Source: Nemertoderma westbladi
Taxonomy: Eukaryota > Animalia > Xenacoelomorpha
DNA length: 64,000 nucleotides
Reading direction: 5' to 3'
Assembly: GCA_032718475.1 (NCBI GenBank)
Contig: JAUCBJ010005597.1
Span: forward strand, 389 to 64,388
Both the position numbers and the translations under genes were made by a program. This document shows positions 48,076-60,422 of this stretch, in pieces (position 1 is the first letter of the stretch; each line of letters starts with the position of its first letter). The notes beneath the pieces are model-generated. The model saw nothing but the letters and a program-made list of their open reading frames with translations, searched no databases and was not told the origin of the DNA.

Positions 48076-48959
48076 TCAGGTCAGCCTCTCATTTTTGTCA
48101 AATTTAATTTGTTAATAATTTGAAAAATTATACTAGTTTGTAAAACGCTGGACTTTTGAGGTGAACATTTTGGATAATCAGAATATGTTTGGTAAAGTGC
48201 CCTCATCACTTGGGAGAACACTTATTATGATTGGACCGGTAAACACTGATATGTTGCTATTTAACAAGGCCACCTATAATTATAGGTGGCCTTGCTATTT
48301 AACCATTTTGATTTTTAAAATTCTCCAAAAACTGTGTTTTTTTAACATGAATTGAAATGTTAAATTAATCGGGCTAATATAATTTGATCCAAAAACCTTT
48401 TTCTACCAACTGACAATAGTTCGTATGTTTGCAACATATGGGGGGCAGAGACGGTAGCCACATTTAGATTTAGACAACAAGAGTGCCACCAATATCACAA
48501 TTATACACGTAAAGGATGTAGAAAGTACTGTAGTAAAACTTAAAGTAGCAGATATTTGTATCACTTTGCCCATGATTTGCAGTTGCACTATGTTTGAGGT
48601 ATTGATATTGTATACATAAACAGCCTTACATCATTCATAAAATTAACCTAAACAAGTGCTGGAAACTCTGCGATTCCTACATCCGTTACGTGTGGAATTA
48701 TTACACTTTCGTATTATTGTTTATAATCCTTTCGACGTGATTTCTACCTGGCACATATTTTTTAGGCCTCATAATTTTTGTGAGGAATTAAACAGTCTGC
48801 TGTTACCCAGTCCGTCGCTAGAGGTTGATAAGTATAAGGATTGTATAATAGGCACATCAACCAATTAAGGCTATTTTAGTGACCGCACAATTAATTGCAC
48901 AAATAACTACAAGGATATAATAAACACAAAGAAAATCCACTAATATAAAATAAATTTTA

Positions 48960-49330
48960 GGTTTGAAAAATAAACTGACGAAAGCAAATACTGTATAATT
49001 CCCACAAAAATAATTGATATGAATATTATATGGAACGACATTGCATAATGTTCTAACCCGAAAAGCCTCATTAAGGTAACGGCCTAACTTCAGTAGTTTT
49101 TCCCTGGTAGTTGCCCCCATTAGCTCGTGGTATTTAAATATAGTGGGGTTCACATTGTAGCGCCCAGAGAAGTGCTTCATGCGCAGATCTCGATAACTAT
49201 CGATAACAAGTAAATAATACTCCCAGATACGTATATTCACCCACCACTTTAACATTATGACCCTTATATTTCCATTTTTCATGGGAGGCCACTTGTCCCC
49301 CTTTCCTAAATACAACAACGTTAGATTTGT
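48960..49330 (-). pseudogene. Degraded 3' remnant of a CR1/L2-group LINE
   Basis: YRDLRMKHFSGRYNVNPTIFKYHELM...LLKLGRYLNEAFRVR resembles LINE ORF2 C-termini; a shifted frame gives YTYLGVLF. Confidence 0.45.
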
Positions 49331-49859
49331 CAAGGTTAACCGTAAGAGACCAATAGTCAAAAGCTATCAGCGGAAATCCGCTATGTTTTGCTGTTTTCTT
49401 TCGAGTTGCAACTTAACATAAATGTATTGCATTGTATTGTAACTTTACGATTTACTATATTGAATTTAGATGTACTGACGTTTGCTTTAGAACTAAGGGG
49501 GCGTTCATAAAGTATGTCACGCAAATATTTCGGATTTTTGACGTAATATTCTTAGCCAAACATGAAAGTAAGAGTTCTAATATTGAATATGAATATAGTA
49601 TTACTTAAACTAAACATTGTTTTTTTTCAAAAATGTTGAAAACTTATGCAGTTAGAACTGTTTTCACTTTGCCATTGAATGATGACTGGGGATATTATTT
49701 AGTGTTTACTACTACTGTATACTACCGCCCCTTTATACTTTCAGACATTACGACTGCAAATCCCCTAACAACGTAAATTATTTTCTTACTTTAGAGTTTA
49801 ACAGACTAAATTTGTACCAAGTTTGGATACATTTCATTGATGATTGATGGAGATATTAA

Positions 49860-52800
49860 CCCTATTACCACTGGGGGGGGGGGGGGGGGGGGGGGAATCA
49901 GCCCCTTCCTAGTTTTAATTGCTGTATCTATGCAACCGCATTATGTACCTTCCCAATTTTTTTACGAGAATTAGTCAAATTTAATGGCGCATCATTGCAA
50001 AAAACGGCGTTGCAATTAGATTTATACTTTTCTATGTGGGTGACATCTCAAAATTTGATCCCCAGCAGAAATATGTTTTTTTATTTTTATTTATGTTGGG
50101 GCTTTTTTTATTGATTCTGATTCGTATGGAGCACTCTACGACTCTATATAAGTACTACTACTACTAAAAGGTCGAGCGAACTCGGACAGTGGAAATGAGA
50201 TCCTTCCAGGCTTCCCGATTCTCCATAGTTGTCGCAATTTCGTTTCTCCCAAGTTCAGTATCCCTTTCAAGTTGATCTATATATGTTATGGCCGGTCGTC
50301 CACGACTATGCTTTCCATGAGTTGGTTGCCAGAGAAGTAGATCTGGTATGACCTCGTCTTTACTTCGCCAGCAGTGCCCACTGAATCTTAATCTGCGTTC
50401 ATGGAGGGTGGTTGATACAGGTGGTATTGTACCATAAAGCTCGGCGTTTGTCATGTGTTGTCTCCAGCTGATGTTTAGGACTGCCCTTAGTAGTCTTGTG
50501 TAGCAACCATCAATTCGTTGTTCAAGTGATTTAGTCAGTGTCCAGGTCTCACCCCCGTATAAAAATACACTTTCCACTGTGGCTCGAAAGAACTTAGTCC
50601 TCAGGTGCCTGGAGAGATCTTATTTCCAGATGGTATCCATTTTTGATAGAGCTACCCAAGCCTTTGCTTTCCTTACTTCTATGTCCTTTTTGCTACTCTC
50701 TACCCATGATCCAAGGTACTGGAAGTCATCGACCTTCCTTAGTTGATTATTATCAATGGTTGTCAAGTTTCCATCAACATTAAAGGTCATGAATTCGGTC
50801 TTTGTAGCATTTATATGTAATCCGACCTCCTTAGCAGCCCTCTCCACTTTATTTAGTAGAAGCTGTGCATCTGCTAGCGTATTAGAGAGCAGGGCGATGT
50901 AATCCGCAAAGTCGGTGTCTGTGACTGTTGTTGCCGGATATCTACTACTTCTGCGTTCTTGAAGTATGAATCCCAGATCTTCACCCTTTGTGGCCGTCCT
51001 CATTGCGTAATCCAGCACAATTACAAATAGTAATGGTGCTAATGTGTCACCTTGCAGTACGCCAGCCAGGATTGAGAACAACTCAGTTTCACCATCTGGT
51101 GAGAGTACCTGCGCTTCTGTGTCACAATATAACAATCCAATGCCTGCAACAATTACTTCTGGTATTCCATAAGCTCTTAGGATTTCAAGCCTTTTACCTC
51201 TATGAATGGAGTCGAATGCCTTCTTGAAGTCCACAAAAGTCATGACTGCGGGGAGATTCTTTGACTTAATTCCTTCAATCAGTCTCCGTAGTGCAAGTAT
51301 CTGAGCTATTGTTGATCTACTTGGTCGAAATCCGTTTTGGCTCTTACGCAGTAGTTTCTCTATGTAAGGCCTATTCCTATATAGAATCATTTTATTGTAT
51401 ATTTTGGCAGCTACCACAAGCAGACAGATCCCACGATAGTTTGTTGGTATGCCGAGATCTCCTTTCTTGGGGAGAGGCTTTAGTTGACCTTTAGTCCAAA
51501 TTGGTGGTGGCTTTTCCCCTTTTAACATCCGGTTGCAAACGTTCAATAATGGTCTGTTTTGCACTCCGGTTTTCCATACCTCCGCTGGGATTTCATCTAA
51601 TCCACTCGCTTTATTATTGGACATGCTTTTAATGCTTCTTTTGAGTTCGGCAGGTGTGAAGTCCCCTGTTTCTATAGGTAGTGTCTTGTCATATATTTTC
51701 CTTGTAGGACTGACCTCGATGTTTGGTGGCTGCCCAAGCAAGTTGCTGAAGTGATTTTTCCACTTCCCAACACGTTCTTCAGGACTATCGGCTTTGAGGC
51801 GCCCCTTTGCACAACTTTTCCGACCAGATACCTCATTTACAGTTTGCCAGGTAAGTCTTGATTGTTGCTGTATGTGATCAGTTGTAATTGCTTCAGTTTT
51901 ATCCTGTATGTACTTTTCCTGGCTGATGTTGTAGGCCAATTTAAGATCGTCCTTAGCTTTCTCAACCTTGTTAATGTTTTCGGTTGTTGGTTGTTCGGTT
52001 TTAACTTTGTAGGCTATCTTAAGATATTCTCTCTTACAAGTAACCTCAGAGTTTTGCCATGGCACATACTGTTTTCGTTTGGGTTTCTGGGGGATATGCC
52101 TCTTAGCTGCTTCCTTGTGGGCTGTTATTATATTCTGGTATATTGAATTGGTGGATTGGTCTTCATCCATTGACTGAAGTGCTTCAAAGCGGTTTTGAAC
52201 TTCTACTGTATAAGCATCCTTTACAGCATTGTCAGTTCTGAGTTTCTCCCAGTCATATTTGATTTGCTTGCTTGTCCTGGGTTTGCTGGCTCTCAAACTG
52301 AGTCTGATCTCTGCAGTCATAATTCTGTGGTCCGAACCAATTAGGTTGAACGAGCTGTATGCCTCGCAGTTGATCATGCTGTTTCTCCACTTTTTGTTTA
52401 AAAGGATGTAATCCAGTTGTGCTTTGGTTCCATTATGGTATTGAAAGGTCCATAGCTTCTTCCCCTTACTCTTTTCGAATGTGTTGTTTGTTGGTATCAA
52501 TTCACATTCTGCCATTAGGTCTAAAAGTAAGTACCCATTTCTGTTAGAACTGGTGTTATAGGTGTAACCCTTGATGTCTTCTGGGCCAATCGGCAATGAC
52601 TTTAACATTGTGTTTCGGAATGTCCTTTATAAGTCCAGTCAGTTCTTCATAAAACTTGACTGCTTGTTCTGGCTCTGAGGCATTGGTTGGACTGTAGCAA
52701 CATATAACTGTTGCCTTGGGATTCCCATCAGATGTTGCGATCATAACTCTGGAATTTATTGATTCGATGTTGTTTAGGGTCTTAAGTGCAAATGGGCTTA

Positions 52801-54494
52801 GCAGAATTCCCACTCCACCAATTGATGCATTGGCCGAGTTTCTTACGTCTGGGCTTGTTACTAACGTTCATCCATTTCCAATGTCATTGTACTTCATGGC
52901 AGTGTCTTCATGACAAATCCGATGTTCTTGGATGCAGATGATGTCGATGTTATATTCCATTGTCAGAGCGTCAGAGCAACCATGTTGGTATGTGTTTTCA
53001 GCGTGCGTGCGTTCATTGTAGCAATCTTTAGTGTCTTTTTACATTTCAACAGGTTGGTTCTTCTTTCTTCTCTGTCTTCGGTTCCAGAAGCCAATTTATC
53101 GACCCCAGCCTGGTGTACCACTGAAGGACGCGGTCCTTATTGACCCGGGCGACGACCGAGCCGGTATTTCTCCTGGAGGGTTCTCATACTCATATCTTTC
53201 AGTTGCGGGAGTCAACCGCTTGAGGTGGCAACTCCTACAAGCGTCTTCGCAGTAGGTCGCCGTTGGTTGATTACCTTACGCCGACCTTGTCAGCATGTCT
53301 AGCTTTTGTTTGATTACCTTCCGCCTATCCATGACCTACAGCCCTGCTGCCGACTGTAGGGGTCCATTTGTTACACCCTGAACCAAGTGTGCCTCCTGGG
53401 TTAGGTTACCTAACACTGGTAGAGGAGCATCCAGTATAGACAGGGCGGGGCGTGTATCATCTCTAATGCAGATGCGTATCAAGCCTTTGCCTTCAATGGT
53501 GCCCTAGGCGCTATAGCCCTCACTGACTTATTTAGTTTACGGGGCTAAACCAACCCACTCTTGATCAACTAAATAATGAATAGGCTATGCTTATCGGGCC
53601 TGCCCTACTGGGCTGACAGCTACAGGTAGTACCACATTCCCGCCATAGTGGTAGCAGGATCTGGGGACCTGACCTGACCTGACCTTAGTTATATAAGACC
53701 TATAAGTATGTAAGTGTAATGGTACGTCACATTTTGGTGCACCAAAATTAGGGCGTGGCACATCAAATTTTCAAAATTGCAATATTCGTAAAATACTCAA
53801 AAGTTATGATTTCAACGCAATTTTATGGGTTTTCTGGCCTGCTGAATCGATTGAAAGTAATATGGAACGTAGAAGATTAGTGATAGGCCTACGTCATTAT
53901 TGGTACACCAAAATTAGGGCATTTCTCTTTTTTAAAATTAGAATAAGTGCCACGCCCTAATTTTGGTGCTCCAAAATTGACGAACCACTAATTCTTCCGG
54001 GCTTCTATAGTATTTTCAATCGATTCAGCGGTCCAGAAAACCTATAAAAATGCGTTGAAATCAAAACCTGGGGTCATTTTCCGAATATCGTATTTTTCAA
54101 AATTTGAAGTGCCACGCCCACTTCTTAGTTGCACGAAAAATAGCATCCAGTTCAATTTTCGGAAATTGAATACAATCGCATTCGATTCAACGTAGTGAAA
54201 AATCTACTAACGCTAGCCAACAATGCCACACTATTAGTTTTTAGAATATCAAAACATTTTATATTTTGTCCTGGGACTACTTTTATTTTTCTTGAAAATT
54301 ATTATACCCACCTTATGGAAGTTTCATTTTTTGGATTTGAAAATGTTTTTTGATAATTTTTTCACCTACAGCCCAAATTTCGTAGGATTTCATTGACTGC
54401 TTACAAAAATACATTGGGGGGGGGGGGGGGGGGGGGGGGAAATCGGCCTCCCGCCAGTGCTGCTAATAGTCTAAACACCCCAGTGGTAATAGGG
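49860..54494. mobile_element. Non-autonomous piggyBac-type element, interrupted by the RTE insertion
   Basis: TTAA|ccctattaccactgggg ... ccccagtggtaataggg|TTAA: perfect 17-bp TIRs with a TTAA target duplication. Confidence 0.85.
50152..53700 (-). mobile_element. Near full-length RTE LINE (APE endonuclease + RT), inactivated
   Basis: Endonuclease motifs LKIATMNARTL, ICIQEH, CYSPT, QLDYIL, GSDHR. RT motifs QNGFR, DFKKAFDS, GVLQGDTLAP, DFADY (second catalytic Asp lost). Frameshifts, a stop at 50620, a (TAG)n tail and a ~550-bp 5' UTR. Candidate TSD tataagta at 50147-50154 and 53701-53708. Confidence 0.93.
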
Positions 54495-54976
54495 TTAACG
54501 TTTAAATATTCGGATCGACAGAACTGCAGACCACACTTTATTCTTTATTACTGGTGCCTCTATGCTAAGACTCTCCTTACTTCGTGTCTCTAACTTATTT
54601 CCATTGGCCGAAAGGGTCAATTTTAAGGTCCGAAATTCAACAAAATTTCTTAAAATAAATGAAAGCCTCTTGACTTAGGGTTTAATTACTGCCTTAAGGG
54701 TTTGGGCCGCTACTCTTGTAACCTGGGAGGCCCAGAAGTGCGAGAAAATGTGGGCGCCTCTATAGGATATGAATAATACCTCTTGTATGTGGATCAACAA
54801 TAAAGTATATAAAGGTAACTGTTACATTAAATCTATTTATTTGTGCCAGAAGGCATTAACTCGACAATATATGGATAGTTCTATAATATCAACAAAATTA
54901 TATTAACTTAATCTTTAATCTGCCAGTCAAGTTAGCCAATATTATGTTTCTTTAATTTGTTTTCAATACCACCAAG

Positions 54977-57067
54977 TTATATGGGGTTGGGGAATTGTAG
55001 GTTGGAAGCCGATTTGGCCCGCTCTCTAGCCAAACCTGTAGGTTTAATTGCAGGTAGATTATTCCCACTTTCTTCCGCAGTCACAAATTCATCTTCTTCT
55101 TCAGGAATTGTCATTAACAAATACTTCGCTTCAAACTCAGTCAAATTTTTAACACGGAGGCAGTGGACGTCTCGAAGCTTCTTTTCGGGGAATTCGGAAT
55201 AATCCACCAGCATCTGAAACTTATCGAGATACTTTTTGTGGTACAAACTCCCCAGAATCGGTACCCACATAAACACGAAAATTGGAAAGAGATACCCGTA
55301 GAATTCAGCCCATAAAGGATATTTTCCACTTACCTGTTCATTTAGAATGAGATCGGTTGTACCATGAGGTGTGTATGAATGGGCTGTATTTAAATCTACA
55401 ATAATTTTGTTCATGGTAATCAATGTCAGAATGATAGGTGACATATATCTCCAATTAATCATAAAAAATTTACTCGGTTTTTCTCCGGTCATAGTTTCGA
55501 AGTCAAACATGAGTTTACTGAAAAACCCCGGTGTTAATGAAGCAGTCACTGATATCAGCATAGTATTGATTGTTCCGGACAATTCGATTACGAAATATGT
55601 CCCAATCTCAGAAAGATAAGTTCCAATTCTCAAGGTGAACATCAAACTAATAATCCAGAAAATTATGCATACAATTAGTAGGGCCAGATTGAATGATATC
55701 GGCAGTCTTGATTCTCGTATTAGACTACCCACCACGTACATCCTTGTTATCATTGAATTCAGTCCAAGGACTGCTATAATACTGAAGTATGCGGCAGCCC
55801 ACAGTTGTGACATATCCATCACCACAAACACGTCCGACATTCTCATTATCATGAACTCTACGGAGTCTTCCTTACTAGCGTTGGCTGCAGAAATTATTAA
55901 TAGAGCACTAACATTGGTCTCGCAATCCGTAGTATTGACAAGGTCGTCTTTTTCTTTTTTACAAATCTCCGAGTCCATAACAGCCTTTCTACCAAGATGT
56001 GCATAGATGGTTACAGCGCAAAGTATGGACATTGCATAATCAGCAAAAGCGATAATTCTGGCGTCGGTATAAAATATGTTTGTCCTTGGTAGGAAACTAG
56101 ATAGACAAAGATGACCACCTAATCCTACCCCTGAGCTAACTATCGCCTGAGCTAAAGCAGCATACCAGGCTGTCAGGTCAACTATTTTGCCAAAATCAGG
56201 CTGAAACAGAAATTCTACACCAGCTTTACCACCTTCAGAAGAAACTGCATGTATAAGCAAAGCTGTGGTCATTAATACCCAGTAGGGAACTGTGAATTTT
56301 AGGATATTTAGCGAGGAACGAATGCCCCCAATCATACATGCGTACAATATGATCCATACCACTGTATTTGAAGCTAATACATTTAAGGCAAAATATGGTT
56401 TCTTGAAATCATTTAGGTCTGTAGCTACACTAAGTGAAGTGTTGTAATAGAAATATGCACTCGCTGTTTTCCCTTCAGAACACCCGCTCTTAAATGTTTC
56501 ATTTACATGCCACGAATCATCTTCAAATTGTTCAGTTTTTTCTATCGGGCAGTTGCTCCAAGGTAAGGGATTTTGAAATGACAACAACAAATAATAAAAA
56601 CAGTGGGAAACATTTACAAGTTGAATCACTATAGTTAGGGCGCATGCTAATAAAGTAGCAGCACCAATTCCGGTGAGATAAGGGTTTACCTGATACCACG
56701 TTAAAACGGTGCTACGACGAAAACGTTGGCCAAGTCCCAATACCAAAGCCATGAATGGCGTCACTATGAAGAAGTACCAAATAGTGAATTGAGCGAGAAA
56801 AACAATTCCACCGTGTTCATCCATTGTGAGTGGAAATTTCGACATGTTTGAGAGTCCCACTGCGTAGCTAATTGGTAACAGGAAATATCCCATTTTCGAT
56901 GTAAATAAGTTTCTCGCACTTTCATTATGTGCGTCTTCTAAAACAAACTCTGATACCCTAATATTAGACTGTTTCCTTAGCAACTTCCTCGATATAACTG
57001 GTTGATATTCAACCAGGTCCAACTCATTCATATAGGCATGATACTTACTGTCATCAGCGGTTCCCAT
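54977..57067 (-). CDS. SLC6 / neurotransmitter:sodium symporter family transporter, divergent, single coding exon (696 aa)
   Basis: YAVGLSNMSKFP..HGG.VFL...LGLGQRFRR...NPYLTGIG; SFQNPLPWSNCP; AWYAALAQ; LGLNSM; FFMINWRYMSP; YPLWA; about 12 hydrophobic segments. By eye it is closest to the SLC6A15-20 amino-acid branch. Confidence 0.9.
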   Translation of the reverse strand: MGTADDSKYHAYMNELDLVEYQPVISRKLLRKQSNIRVSEFVLEDAHNESARNLFTSKMGYFLLPISYAVGLSNMSKFPLTMDEHGGIVFLAQFTIWYFFIVTPFMALVLGLGQRFRRSTVLTWYQVNPYLTGIGAATLLACALTIVIQLVNVSHCFYYLLLSFQNPLPWSNCPIEKTEQFEDDSWHVNETFKSGCSEGKTASAYFYYNTSLSVATDLNDFKKPYFALNVLASNTVVWIILYACMIGGIRSSLNILKFTVPYWVLMTTALLIHAVSSEGGKAGVEFLFQPDFGKIVDLTAWYAALAQAIVSSGVGLGGHLCLSSFLPRTNIFYTDARIIAFADYAMSILCAVTIYAHLGRKAVMDSEICKKEKDDLVNTTDCETNVSALLIISAANASKEDSVEFMIMRMSDVFVVMDMSQLWAAAYFSIIAVLGLNSMITRMYVVGSLIRESRLPISFNLALLIVCIIFWIISLMFTLRIGTYLSEIGTYFVIELSGTINTMLISVTASLTPGFFSKLMFDFETMTGEKPSKFFMINWRYMSPIILTLITMNKIIVDLNTAHSYTPHGTTDLILNEQVSGKYPLWAEFYGYLFPIFVFMWVPILGSLYHKKYLDKFQMLVDYSEFPEKKLRDVHCLRVKNLTEFEAKYLLMTIPEEEDEFVTAEESGNNLPAIKPTGLARERAKSASNLQFPNPI

Positions 57068-57469
57068 TGTATTGCTATTTATAACTGTACTGCATAACGT
57101 TATATTTAATCTGCAAACAGTAGATCAAGTACCGGTACTCAACTACGGATAGCACTGGATTACACCATATCTCCTAGAATATATTATCTTAATTCATATC
57201 ATAAGGGCCTATAATTTGTGTACCTACTATTTTAGAATGAAACTTTGGTTCTTACCCTGCAAACTAAATTAAAAAACACAAAAAAACGCACAAAACCGCA
57301 CAAAAATGTGCAAATGTATAATAGGAACTCGTCCACTCATCCCATAATACACTTCATGGCCTTGCCTGGGCCCAACAACACCACACTACCTCCTCCCCTT
57401 GTTGTATTTTTTGTGTTTTTTGGTTTTAAACTTCTGTGTTCTAGAACATAGTTGGACCATGGCCTACTA

Positions 57470-58370
57470 TATTTATACGGCCTAACAGGTCACTTGAAGT
57501 GGCATCTTAAAAAGAGGCCAGTTTTTTTTTTACACTATTTTGATATGGGGAGAGTTCTATAAATTTTCATTTGCTGCAATTTGGTCAACGGTCGTAATTG
57601 AAGCCTCCTCGTTAAGTAAGATACTAAATTTTATGGTAGCTAGTGTTTTAGGTAGGTTTAGCTAGTAATTTCGACCCTGGCTCAGACATCCTACTCCCTT
57701 CTATAAATATTTTGTAGTAGCTAGTTCTTATTACTATTTGTATAGAAAATGTTCCAGAACATGTTAGCTATTCATTTTTAAAAAAAATTATGTTCTAGAA
57801 CAAACATTTTTTGTTCGAGAACATTTTTTAGAAAAAAATCTGGATTCTATTTAAAACGCATGGAATCGTTCTAAAACGTGTTTAAAATGAATAAAAAAAC
57901 TTGTGAAAAAAAATATTGTGAAAAAAAAAATTTTTTCTTTTTTTTATGGATTTTAAACACGTTTTAGAACGATTCCATGCGTTTTAAATAGAATCCAGAT
58001 TTTTTTCTAAAAAATGTTCTAGAACAAAAAATATTTGTTCTAGAGCATAATATTTTTTAAAAATGAATAGCTAACATCTTCTGGAACATTTTCTATACAA
58101 ATAGTAATAAGAAGTAGCTACTACAAAATATTTCTAGAGGGAAGTAGGATGTCGGAACCAGTGTCGAAATTACTAGCTAAACCTATCTAAAATACTAGCT
58201 ACTATAAAATTGAGTATCTTGATGAACGAGTCTTCGATTACGACCGTTGACCAAATTGCAGCAAATGAAAATTTATAGAACTCTCCCCATATCAAAATAT
58301 CAAATTATTGTAAAAAAAAACTGGCCTCTTTTTAAGAGACCACTTCAAGTGACCTGTTAGGCCGTTATAA
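57470..58370. repeat. Large inverted repeat (~440-bp arms, very short spacer)
   Basis: 57479 ggcctaacaggtcacttgaagtgg...ttaaaa pairs with 57953-58363 ...ccacttcaagtgacctgttaggcc. Confidence 0.92.
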
Positions 58371-60422
58371 GTCATGGTTGGACCTTCACACAATATTATG
58401 GTAGCTATTAAATATTTTGGGAACAGTTCCGCCCGTGCCAACATTTTCGTTGTTTTTTTCAACAAATTTTCATGCTTTTTTGTCAGTTTTTTTCTTGATA
58501 AATGTTCTAGAACGTATATTGAGTGTTATAGAAATTTGAAAAAAGTTATAGAACTTTTTAATTATTAATTTTCGAGAAAATAATTTCTTTTAAAAATAAA
58601 ATTATTAAAACAATTTTTAAATTTTATTATTTTTTATGCTATTTTGCCTGTTTTTTTTCTATTGATAAGAGTTCTAGAACATTTATTAAATGTTCTAGAA
58701 CATGATCCAAATGTTCTAGAACATTTTTATTAACAATATCCGATAAAAAAATTCCAGAGTTATTTGTTCTTTTAAAAAAAATATTAAAATGATTGTTTAA
58801 TTTAAAAAAATTGGAATACAGAACAACTAACCATAACGATAGCATTCTAGAACATTTTTTAAAATGTTAGCTAGGGCTAGTATTGAATACATAGGCCTAC
58901 ACTATAATGGCATCAATATCAATCGTCGACATCTATCGACATATATTTTTACTAGCTATAATTATAAATTATTTCTTGAGTACATAAAATTACTAGATGT
59001 TAATTATACAAAAAAAAGTGTTAAAAAAAACTAAAAATATAATTTTTTAAAAATGTTCTAGAACAAAAAATAATATGTTCTAGAACATTATTTAACAAAG
59101 AAGTAATTTGAAATATCCTAGAATACTTCACACTAACATAAAAAAGTAGTAGCTAGTAAACTATACACATTTTAGAGCAAAATGAAAATGTTGGCACGTA
59201 CGGAACTCTAGCCAATATTTTTATGGCTAGTATTTTATGAAAATATTGCAAATAATAATTGTATAATAATAATAATAATAATCTAGCTACCATTAACCTA
59301 TGATAAAGAAAAATAATAATAATAGAACAGTGATAATCATAATAGAACAGTTAAAAACACACATTTAAACAATACAGATTTGGTGTACATGAACAGAAGT
59401 GATACCGTTTTATATACCGTATTGTATTGTCTGTTCATCGTTTATGCAGAAAGAGCTACGTTATAATAAGATTAAATGGGATAAACAAAATCTTCCAGAA
59501 TACGATGTATTTATTAAATAGAACAAAATCGCGCAGATGCAAAACCATGCAACTTTTGAAAGCCCATATCTCAGCTATTTCCGAATCAAATCCAAATATT
59601 TGTACATATTTGGAATCCTTGCACGGTCAGCTTTCTAACAGTACCAACAAATTACTGTAAGGTTGGAGAATAAAACTGCGGTGTAACTGGTGCAATATCG
59701 ACTTCTGACTCACCCAGCAAGGAGGAGAGAAGTGAAACAATACCTCTGTTTCAAATTTGATGTAATCTCATTAAGATTTGTAGAAAAATTTGGAGGGGGA
59801 CCAGAATACCTGAAGAGGGTACCTGAATATAGACACTATATTCAGGTACATTCAAACAGTTACTAGATATAATAAATGATGTGCTACTAGCTAAAATAAC
59901 GATGTTCTAGAAAAAATGTTCCAGAACACTAAAAATAACAATTTGGACTACGTAAAACTCATAAAAAAAAACGGGAACAGTTCCGTATGCAGTCGCATTT
60001 TTAAAACATAAATCATTGCTACCAGGGCAACAATGTAGAGTTCTATAACAAAATATAATTATTGAAATCCACTATTCTAGAACATAAATAAAATAAAAAA
60101 TATAATGTTCTAGAACATATAGCTAGTCATTTTTCATATTTAAAATGGCTAGTAATAAAAAATAACTACATTTTTTTAAACATAATCATTGTTACCATGC
60201 AAAAAATATAAACTGTTATAATATCATCAATATTTTTGGTCATTTATTCTGCAACCGATTAAACCTGAAGTATCAATGTTTTCACATTTTTTTATAATTA
60301 CAAAAATACTAGCTAGTAAAAAAACACTAGCTACCATAAAAAAACATATCTACTAATGGGCATTAGTATAGTATCTATGCCCAAATTTTTGATTTTTTTT
60401 TAGATCAAAAGATTTTTTAATA

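Noticed and set aside
50620-52608. Active or domesticated reverse transcriptase
   Set aside because: FADD is mutated to FADY, with a premature stop and frameshifts in the endonuclease region.
54957-56006. Plus-strand ORFs overlapping SLC6 and similar short ORFs opposite the RTE elements
   Set aside because: They are antisense shadows of real coding sequence with no recognisable motifs.
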